From positions 1 through 59,977 of the IMG/VR virus record IMGVR_UViG_3300031949_000040: a DNA stretch of 59,977 nt; one strand, given 5' to 3'. The notes under the pieces are model-generated. The model made no database searches, was not told the origin of the DNA, and was given only the letters and a program-made list of their open reading frames with translations. Of this stretch, positions 7,601 through 14,757 are shown one piece after another (within the stretch, counting starts at the first letter, position 1; every line of letters begins with the position of its first letter). The position numbers and the translations under genes were made by a program. Origin of the DNA: a virus (lineage: Duplodnaviria; Caudoviricetes).

Positions 7601-8984
7601 CGCAATCTGGCAGAGTGTACTTTTGCCTGGGCTTACTGCTGTAGGCAACATTGTTAAATCCGTGGTTGCTCCAGGTCTTGAGGATGTAGGAAAAAAGGCT
7701 GGTGTAATAGGTCCGATTTTGCAGGTTCTTGCCGATGTTGCTCTAAAGGCCGTTGCGAGTGGGTTTGATGCCATAGCCGGTGCTATTAAATCAGCAACGA
7801 ATTTATTTAATACTTTGGCTGATGCGGTCAAGAATTTTAAGTTACCCGCCGTACTTCAACCCGGCTCACCTCCGCCATTTGCCGTGGCCCTACAGGACAT
7901 AGCTAATGCGGCTGGCATGGCTGCTAATGCTATGGGCGGTTTTAGCCAGGCTACGATAGATAAACTGCTAGGTGTCAACCGTGCCATAGCCTCTAATCGC
8001 AATACTATCGGCGCGGCTCGTGATGACCTTGAGAAATTCTTTGACAAGTCAAATATCGGCGGCGTCAAAGGTAATTTTGCCTTAGTTCATCTGTCAAAGA
8101 TATTCAAAGAGCACAGCGCCGAAATCCTGACGGCAACGGATAGGGCAGCCAAGTTTAGGGAGATTGTCAGTCGAGTTGGGCCAAATTGGGAAAAGGCCAT
8201 GATTAGCGGCGAACAGTGGAAGACAGTTAATGCGGGCATCGGCCTGTTCATCAATTTCTTTGATAAGCGCAAAAAAGAGTTGATCCTGGCGCAGCAGCAG
8301 ATGTTTGTTCAGGCTGGTAAAACGGCGCTGAGTATCGGGATGAGGCTGAACGACATCGTGCAAGCCAGCGTAGACGTGCTTGATATGCGGGTAGAAACCT
8401 TGCAAGGGCTGGTTTCGTCCGGGATGGCCGAGGTCAACTTTCAGGGGATGATACTATCCCAGGCGCAGGCGCAGGAGCTGCTTAACGCGGCTTTAGCTGA
8501 GCAACTTGACATTCAAGACGATATTTTCCAACTTAAACAGAACGAGCAAAAGTTGGGCTTCCTGGAAAAGCAGCTTGATTTGATTGATACGCTGAACGCA
8601 GCCGGGTTGAATGTGCAAGATATTTTGGGCGGCATAACGCTAGGGCTTGACGCTTCCATTCCTGATATGATAGAGGCTACAAATCGGCTGGTTATGGCGA
8701 TGATCGAGCAGGTGAATAAAGATTTGCAGCTTGGTTCGCCATCGAAGCTGATGTTCAAAAAGTTTCAATTGGCCGGTATGGGGGCGGTCCAGGGCTTGCT
8801 ATCAATGAAGCCGATGCTGGAGAAGGCTATCGGGCCGGTGATTGACCCGTTGATGTCGGCGGGGAATGGGGCGGTGTCCAACCGCACAACTAACAACTAC
8901 TTTTCGCAGACAGTCAACACGCGAGCCGAAAGCTCGACAGTGATTGGCGATTTCAGAACGATGCAGATGCTGCTAGGGGCGTAG
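4656..8984 (+). CDS. Tail tape measure protein
   Basis: ~1440 aa; SPFE tape-measure motif and Trp-periodic helical repeats; start moved to MSNVIEIVI (the ORF track gives 4557). Confidence 0.92.
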   Translation: MSNVIEIVIKQSSSGNAIHDASKALGGLSGAAGGAIGSLGKFGGALGNMATIAGGIVAANLFGKIAEGISSFVTTGLNAVGSSQQLETSLKSLLTANNMYEQSTETVTQAVTNQIMSQDEYGQKLDELNAKLVTQRATYQEQQERIRQLTEQYGENGLVVIKNKAQHEQLAIAIRGTEQDIASLATTETKLSTSTETAWHQVMSQTEAMKIAKKETANLLEFVSRLAVVSPFETEDVEMTTKYAVAAGLGLDQTKQFVPAFLDLAASVGITSDSLGFAADQLFQVRKIGKLTEIDLRQLRRLGIDLGKIIGVEMGMSVSEFNEKAGESPEIFDELFDAVTRFSANTFAGTSKEMALSVKGLQSTISDVFVIGSRTFLRPLVDAFTPAIAGIVGKLSDFVLGGEMKSLGDDMAKTLMGGIAKFQKSGAGGLFASLGFEGGALFFKKLSKLMTMITGDAGTLAGTIKGVLGGAFGWLQSNMFPILSKGIQFVIDGFQTFRGVLLDVGTVVGDVVKKVTGAFERFGFRGAAISILGQLGLEPSQIATVLQTMDQMVSNVTGAIDKITGAFDRFGVRGAAVSILGILGLEPETIATVLSITDQIVSFVSSFVSQVGGFLGSLSFDEIIGAFTGIGIAVGAIVASGILTALVAGLMSLLTPINLIIVGAALLGAAWAGNWGGIQDKFFAAWAVIQPALQELWNWLGINIPIAIQTASDFWTNTLWPALQQVGAFIVGTVIPAMVGLWQWLSVNVPMAVQTLSDIWTNTLLPGFQRVWEAIQTNLLPLFQQLFTWLASEGPGIAQVLGDAWTNIILPALAAVGDFLLNTLFPAWVELQVWLAENIPVAIQILSDIWTNTLLPAITNAGTFITGTLIPTLTNLWTWLSTNIVSAIQTVSDIWTTIFMPAITGVWTFISTLVIPLFQSLTNLMGAVLVVALTALAGLWQNVLLPAIEVVSNFIGATLTVALNALIALVAQRLGPTIRVFAAIWQSVLLPGLTAVGNIVKSVVAPGLEDVGKKAGVIGPILQVLADVALKAVASGFDAIAGAIKSATNLFNTLADAVKNFKLPAVLQPGSPPPFAVALQDIANAAGMAANAMGGFSQATIDKLLGVNRAIASNRNTIGAARDDLEKFFDKSNIGGVKGNFALVHLSKIFKEHSAEILTATDRAAKFREIVSRVGPNWEKAMISGEQWKTVNAGIGLFINFFDKRKKELILAQQQMFVQAGKTALSIGMRLNDIVQASVDVLDMRVETLQGLVSSGMAEVNFQGMILSQAQAQELLNAALAEQLDIQDDIFQLKQNEQKLGFLEKQLDLIDTLNAAGLNVQDILGGITLGLDASIPDMIEATNRLVMAMIEQVNKDLQLGSPSKLMFKKFQLAGMGAVQGLLSMKPMLEKAIGPVIDPLMSAGNGAVSNRTTNNYFSQTVNTRAESSTVIGDFRTMQMLLGA

Positions 8985-11534
8985 ATGTGGAAAAGAATAC
9001 CTGTCATCCTGTTACTTTGGCTACTCTACCTTCCAGGCACTTTGTCCGCAATCCCCGTCACGGCCCAAGAGCCAAGCTTCAAAGTTTACCTTCCGTTAAT
9101 CTATTCAATCGACGATCCTTGTAGTGAGCCGATAATGTCAGACTGGAAAATTGTTGTACCCGAAAGCACCCTAAATCGCTGTCTCAACCCTTCCGCCGAA
9201 ACAACGGGGAATTTTGCGGCATTGGCTGGGACTACGGTTACACGGGTCACGAGTTTTCAGAATTATGGATTGAATAGCTATCGAGTGGAAACCAATGCCG
9301 ATAACGAGGGGGAAACATTCGACCTTTCGGCTTTAGCTAACGCCATTCACTATGTCACCGTGCGGGTGACGGGCACATTGCCCGCCTCGTGGGATTGGTC
9401 ACTCGATAATGCCACGTACACAAGCCCCACCTTACTAGAGGCCATTGATGGCACCTGGTCACTCTACGGTCTACAAGTTCCGGCGGCCCAAGCTAACGGC
9501 TCGGTATTGCTATACATTCGCCAGAACGGCTCCGGCTCCGGCGATTTCTACCTTGACGGTATCCAGGTAGAGGAAAAGAGCTATTACACAACCTACTGCG
9601 ACGGCACGCAGCCGGGCTGTGAGTGGAACGGGCCGGAACACGCCTCGACCAGCCAGCGCAGCGCCAGCAGCCGGGCGGGCGGTAGAGTGCAGGATTTACA
9701 GGATGATTATTACCTCAACATCGGCGGCATGATTGGCACGGGCGCATCACCGCAAACTCTGGGGCTGGATAGCTACGCCCTTTTACCGGGGGGCGAACTC
9801 AATAATATCAAAGTGGGTAGTCGGGTGTTCACCTTGACCGGCGTCATCACCGGTACCAGCCAAAGCGATTTTCACAGCAAAAAGCAGACGCTGCTTAGTG
9901 CTTTGATTGGTGGCTTGCAGCCGGTGCGGTTGCGCTACAACGGCGCTACCGTTCACAAGGAGATAGCCGCACATTATGAGGGTGGATTAGAGGGTGAGCT
10001 ATCCGCTTCGGATCCGTGCGCGTGGGAGCGAGTGGCCGTGCGCTTCCTTGCACCAAATCCCTACTGGTCAGAGATAGGCGAGAGCGCGGCGGCTTTGGAT
10101 ACGAATGATAGCGCCACGTTCACAGTAGTGGCGGCCAGGCTCAGAAGCACGGGGCAGTGGTCGGCGCTGGGGCCACCTAGTGCAAGTGGGACGTATACGG
10201 CGGTTAATGCCCTGGCCGAGGATGCAACTTATATCTACATCGGCGGTAATTTCCTTAACTTCGATAATATTGCGGCGGCTGATAGGATTGTTAGATACAA
10301 CAAGCAAACCGGCGTTTACTCAGCTATGGGAACGGGCACGAACGGGATTGTTCATGCGCTTGCCGTTGGGCCAGATGGCTCAGTGTACGCCGGTGGGTTT
10401 TTTACAGCAGCCGGGGGGGTAGCCAATACCGCTTATATTGCCAGGTGGGACGGTAGCGCCTGGAACGCACTAGGTACGGGGATGGATTTCACAGTTAACA
10501 ATCTTATCTTTGGCTTAGATGGCACACTCTATGCCGGAGGCGACTTCACTTTGGCCGGGGGGGTAGCCAATACCGTAAGGATTGCGGCCTGGAGCGGCAC
10601 AGCCTGGTCCGCGTTAAGCACTGGGGCGAATGGGATTGTTCGGGCTTTTGCCGTCGGGTTAGACGGCACGCTTTACGCAGCCGGGGCATTTACGACAATC
10701 GGCGGTGTGTCTGCCAACCGCATAGCCTCATGGAATGGGACGGCTTTCACCGCCCTGTCTAGTGGCTCAAGCGTTTCTATATTCGCTCTTGCTATCGACC
10801 CAGCCGGGCTACTGTACGTGGGTGGTTCATTTACGACAATTGGCAGCGTAGCGGCCAATCGTGTCGCATCCTGGAATGGTAGCACGTTTAACGCTTTGGG
10901 AGACGGGGCAAATACTGGCGTTGTTTCCGATATAGTTATTGGAGCGGATGGTACGCTCTACGCTGGGGGTACCTTTACAACAGCCGGGGGTATCACTTTA
11001 GCCGATAGGGTAGCACGTTGGAACGGTTATGCCTGGGCACATTTAGACATTGATTTACCAGGAAGTCCCGACATAACTGCTATCCTTGCCAGCAAATACG
11101 TTGACCCAGTAGTCGAGCAACAGTATTCACTATATCTCGGCTTTGACACCACCGGCGCCGGCACATTCGCCGGAAAGACCACCGTCGTCAATGACGGTAC
11201 TGCTCCCGCTTTCCCCAAAGTCATCTATGAGCGCAGCGGCGGCACGACCGCCATAATTGAGACGCTTAAAAATGAGACAGCGGGGTTGGAACTGCTATTC
11301 AATTATTCGCTTCTGAGCGGCGAACGATTGACGATTGACCTGACGCCAACCCAAAAGAGCATTGTCAGCAGCTTCTTTGGACAAAGACAGGATGCGATTT
11401 TGCCTAACAGTGATTTTGGCGAATGGTCATTGGCGCGGGGCAGTAGTGATGTGACTTCGTTTGTGGGGACAAGCGGTAGTCCGACGGTGACGGCCTATTT
11501 GTTGTGGAAAGATAACTACACCAGCCACGATTAA
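8985..11534 (+). CDS. Distal tail/baseplate protein with carbohydrate-binding-like N-terminus and beta-propeller insertion
   Basis: Follows the tape measure; FLAPNPYW Dit-like motif; repeated LYAGGxFTxAGG..IAxWxG blades; alternative start at 9135. Confidence 0.7.
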   Translation: MWKRIPVILLLWLLYLPGTLSAIPVTAQEPSFKVYLPLIYSIDDPCSEPIMSDWKIVVPESTLNRCLNPSAETTGNFAALAGTTVTRVTSFQNYGLNSYRVETNADNEGETFDLSALANAIHYVTVRVTGTLPASWDWSLDNATYTSPTLLEAIDGTWSLYGLQVPAAQANGSVLLYIRQNGSGSGDFYLDGIQVEEKSYYTTYCDGTQPGCEWNGPEHASTSQRSASSRAGGRVQDLQDDYYLNIGGMIGTGASPQTLGLDSYALLPGGELNNIKVGSRVFTLTGVITGTSQSDFHSKKQTLLSALIGGLQPVRLRYNGATVHKEIAAHYEGGLEGELSASDPCAWERVAVRFLAPNPYWSEIGESAAALDTNDSATFTVVAARLRSTGQWSALGPPSASGTYTAVNALAEDATYIYIGGNFLNFDNIAAADRIVRYNKQTGVYSAMGTGTNGIVHALAVGPDGSVYAGGFFTAAGGVANTAYIARWDGSAWNALGTGMDFTVNNLIFGLDGTLYAGGDFTLAGGVANTVRIAAWSGTAWSALSTGANGIVRAFAVGLDGTLYAAGAFTTIGGVSANRIASWNGTAFTALSSGSSVSIFALAIDPAGLLYVGGSFTTIGSVAANRVASWNGSTFNALGDGANTGVVSDIVIGADGTLYAGGTFTTAGGITLADRVARWNGYAWAHLDIDLPGSPDITAILASKYVDPVVEQQYSLYLGFDTTGAGTFAGKTTVVNDGTAPAFPKVIYERSGGTTAIIETLKNETAGLELLFNYSLLSGERLTIDLTPTQKSIVSSFFGQRQDAILPNSDFGEWSLARGSSDVTSFVGTSGSPTVTAYLLWKDNYTSHD

Positions 11535-11537
11535 GCT

Positions 11538-12731
11538 ATGTCCAAGAAGATTGCCCTATTCACCACATTTTTTGAGGCCGACAGCGGCTATTCCCTGATC
11601 ACCGTAGCTGAAACCCAAATCAGGATGCTGCTAGATCACGGCTATGAGCCAATTGTCCTGGTAGATGAGCGTTTCAAAAGCGACAAGGCGCTGTGGCAGC
11701 CGACTACCATAGATGTACGGCCGGTCATTCCTCCTCTTGGCGCGCCAGCCAATTCAATCCTGATAGCCCTGCACGAACACCTCGCCAACGTAGACGTGTG
11801 CATCACTCACGACATCGTTTTGTTGAATGATTACAAGGCACACGACCTGGCTATGAGGGAATACGCCAAATCGAGGGACAATCTGCTATGGTTGCACTGG
11901 CTTCATTCCTGCCCCAGCGGGCAGCGCGAAACACCACCCGGCTATCTCATCTATCCGAACGCCAGCGATAAGCCGCGAGTATGCCAGGTGTACGGCCTGT
12001 CCGGGCAGGAGCACCGGGTTGTACCTTGCCGGGCGGCGCACTCGATAGACCCGCTCAGCGTGTGGAACTATGACGCACTGACCCGCAGCCTGATAGGTAA
12101 ATTCAATTTGCTCGATGCGGAGGTGAGTGCGGTTTACCCAGTACGATTGGACCGCGGGAAACAGGTAGAGAAGGTCATTCGTCTATTGGCTGGGGGCAAG
12201 CGGGCGGGCTATGCGGTCAAGCTGCTGGTTATTGATTGGCAATCTACCGGGGCGCATTTCCAGAAGTACATTGACGAATTGATTGAACTGGCCTGGACGT
12301 TGGGAGTGGGTAACGATGTGGCCTTTACCAGCCGGTTGGATGATAGATGTAGTCAGGGTGTGCCACGGCACGTGGTTACTGAGCTGATGGACCTTAGTTC
12401 AATTTATATACATCCAAGCCGGGTTGAGACATACAGCTTGGTTGTGCACGAGGCGCTCTTGAGGGGTAAGTTGGTCTGTCTCAATCACGATTTCCCGGCT
12501 TTTCGGGAATTGTTTGGAGAGGCAGGCATCTACTTCGATTTCGGCTCAGATAGATTTGAGCGCACCTATGAGCCTGATATTCAATCATTTTTCGATGACG
12601 AAGCCCATAGATTGATTGCTGAATTGCGGCAAAACCGGGCGCTGATGGCTCAGACGAAGGCGCGGCGGGAGTGGGGGCCGGAGGTAATGTGGCGAGAATT
12701 TGAGCAACTATTTCACTTGAAACCTTGCTAA
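11538..12731 (+). CDS. Glycosyltransferase, GT-B (GT4-like)
   Basis: RLDRGK and YIHPSRVETYSLVVHEA motifs. Confidence 0.85.
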   Translation: MSKKIALFTTFFEADSGYSLITVAETQIRMLLDHGYEPIVLVDERFKSDKALWQPTTIDVRPVIPPLGAPANSILIALHEHLANVDVCITHDIVLLNDYKAHDLAMREYAKSRDNLLWLHWLHSCPSGQRETPPGYLIYPNASDKPRVCQVYGLSGQEHRVVPCRAAHSIDPLSVWNYDALTRSLIGKFNLLDAEVSAVYPVRLDRGKQVEKVIRLLAGGKRAGYAVKLLVIDWQSTGAHFQKYIDELIELAWTLGVGNDVAFTSRLDDRCSQGVPRHVVTELMDLSSIYIHPSRVETYSLVVHEALLRGKLVCLNHDFPAFRELFGEAGIYFDFGSDRFERTYEPDIQSFFDDEAHRLIAELRQNRALMAQTKARREWGPEVMWREFEQLFHLKPC

Positions 12732-12756
12732 TAAAAAAGCCCCGGTTAGGGGGCTT
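12732..12756 (-). terminator. Terminator between convergent genes
   Basis: AAAAAAGCCCC-GGTTAG-GGGGCTT. Confidence 0.65.
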
Positions 12757-12760
12757 GAAA

Positions 12761-13048
12761 CTACTCTGATTTAGGTCTGCCAGGATGCGGGCCAGGGCGC
12801 GGCCCGCCTCGTTTTACCATCTCGCCATGCCGCGCCCGGCGCAAAGCCTTGGCAATATTGCGCTTGGCGGTTTCGCGGTGGCAGCCGGCTTGCTCGACTA
12901 CGGCGGTATACATTTTTTGTAATTGCTGCCATCTCTCATCTGGCGTGGTCATCAGGCTATCAAACCAGACGCACCCGCCTGCGGCCTCCAAAACGGAGGC
13001 CGCAGTATTGAATATTTGTTCAGAGCGCTCTTTGGTGTTATTTGACAT
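12761..13048 (-). CDS. Hypothetical protein (moron)
   Basis: C-terminal RGGPRPGPHPGRPK; start chosen at MSNNTK. Confidence 0.6.
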   Translation of the reverse strand: MSNNTKERSEQIFNTAASVLEAAGGCVWFDSLMTTPDERWQQLQKMYTAVVEQAGCHRETAKRNIAKALRRARHGEMVKRGGPRPGPHPGRPKSE

Positions 13049-13052
13049 AGGA

Positions 13053-13283
13053 TTATTTCCAGGGTTCATCACCCCAAGGATTGCGGTTCAGGTACTTTTC
13101 GGCTTCAGTCTGAGTATTGAAGGGTAGGCCAATTGATTTAATACCGGCCCAGGTGAATCTGGCAAACTCCAGGCCCTGATGAATTTGACCATTTTTGTCA
13201 TTCATATAGGCGTAAAATTTACCGGCAATTTCTGCGACCTCACGGCCCATTGCGCCTTCGTAAACTATCTTTTCGTTAGACAT
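13053..13283 (-). CDS. Hypothetical protein (moron)
   Basis: 76 aa; tightly spaced in a leftward operon. Confidence 0.65.
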   Translation of the reverse strand: MSNEKIVYEGAMGREVAEIAGKFYAYMNDKNGQIHQGLEFARFTWAGIKSIGLPFNTQTEAEKYLNRNPWGDEPWK

Positions 13284-13284
13284 G

Positions 13285-13536
13285 TTAACCCTTTAGCAAA
13301 CCCTTTCTCATTCCAACTCTGCGGCTTGTGTCAAGGTCGTTGGCGAATTGATTAAAAATAAATTCCGGGCGGGCCATTTTTCGGGTGTTCATTTCGTTGG
13401 TATGTTCGGCCAGTTTTTCAGCTATGATTTCTCGGTAGGTTTTACCGTCACTGCGGGCTGAATCAATCGGGAATTGCTCTGATAAATCGGTCGCCATTTG
13501 GGTCATTTTTTCAATCAGTTCAGTTTTATTAGACAT
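13285..13536 (-). CDS. Hypothetical protein (moron)
   Basis: 83 aa; AAAGGG RBS after a consensus promoter. Confidence 0.65.
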   Translation of the reverse strand: MSNKTELIEKMTQMATDLSEQFPIDSARSDGKTYREIIAEKLAEHTNEMNTRKMARPEFIFNQFANDLDTSRRVGMRKGLLKG

Positions 13537-13580
13537 TTTTTAACCCTTTCGTTAATTGAGTAACTTGAATTTGTATCTAT

Positions 13581-13609
13581 ATTATATATCAAACAGTTTG
13601 AATTGTCAA
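13581..13609 (-). promoter_or_regulatory. Consensus sigma70 promoter for the three-gene moron
   Basis: TTGACA-17 bp-TATAAT. Confidence 0.85.
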
Positions 13610-13662
13610 TACCGTTCTTTACATAATTCAGACAAGTCACCAAAGTTTTAAGGTTCAATAGC

Positions 13663-14757
13663 GTGTTAATTAAGGCAATCATCTCCACTTTCGACAACCT
13701 GCCCATGCTCAAGCAGCAGCTAACCACCCTCAGAAATGACCCTCTCATCTCTGAAATCATTGTAGTCGAAAATGACTGCGAGGACGGCACGGACGAATGG
13801 CTTAGAACCCAAACCGGCCTAACCGTTGTCAACGTCCCCCAAAACCGAGGCGCAAGCATAGCCCGTAACGCTGGCCTGGATGCGGCTGGTAAATTCGACT
13901 ATGCGTTGATGCTCGACGGCGGCATAGGCGTTTTGCAGGGTGGCACTCAGAAAATGCTTGACTATATGGAACGCCGGCGCGACGAAGTGCCTGGCGAAGT
14001 GGCCCAACGAGGCCAAAGGTATTGTGACGTGCTGGGGCTAGAGATTGCCGATATGGTCACTGACCCGGAGAAAGCGTGGCGGCGCTGGCCCGGTGAAATC
14101 AAAGACAGTGACACATATCGAAACACCCGACTGTCTCACACGGCCTATTGCCTCGCCCGGTGGCGAGCCTTCGACGGTATCAGGTTTTGCACAGAGGGGC
14201 CATTTGGTGAGGCAGGGTATGCTGTCGAGGACGATCAGCTTGCATATATCTGGCACGACCTGAGCATTGTCGTTCACGTTGTCACCAACATTCACCCCTA
14301 CCGGCGCATTAACGGTTCGTTTGGCCGCCTGTTTCGAGAGACAGGTATCTGGCCTAACGGCTACGGCTCCGTCTACGAAAAGCGACTTTGCTTTCTACAG
14401 CAAAACTACGCCAAGCATCAGCCCGGCGTTCAGTGGGGCGAAGCGCCGCCGGAACGAACGGTCATCATTGACGTGGCAGACCTGGAAACCACGATCGAGC
14501 TCATTAAATTCTGGCACGACGAATTTAGGAAAGATAGATTTGAAGCGCCTTACTCATACGCCTGGAAACCATACCGCATCGAAGTGCGCTGCCCTGCTGA
14601 GCGGATTGATTTTTTGGAATGGGCAGAGCCACGGCGACTGAGGCAGCATCATGGGGATACGATTATTGAGAGCGGGGAAATTGTCCGACGCAACTCGAGT
14701 AACGAGGCGCTATGGACGGGGGACTTTATTTTGGAGATAACGATTGGCCTGGAGTGA
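13663..14757 (+). CDS. Glycosyltransferase, GT-A (GT2-like)
   Basis: IIVVENDCEDGT, NRGASIARNAG, LMLDGG. Confidence 0.85.
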   Translation: MLIKAIISTFDNLPMLKQQLTTLRNDPLISEIIVVENDCEDGTDEWLRTQTGLTVVNVPQNRGASIARNAGLDAAGKFDYALMLDGGIGVLQGGTQKMLDYMERRRDEVPGEVAQRGQRYCDVLGLEIADMVTDPEKAWRRWPGEIKDSDTYRNTRLSHTAYCLARWRAFDGIRFCTEGPFGEAGYAVEDDQLAYIWHDLSIVVHVVTNIHPYRRINGSFGRLFRETGIWPNGYGSVYEKRLCFLQQNYAKHQPGVQWGEAPPERTVIIDVADLETTIELIKFWHDEFRKDRFEAPYSYAWKPYRIEVRCPAERIDFLEWAEPRRLRQHHGDTIIESGEIVRRNSSNEALWTGDFILEITIGLE

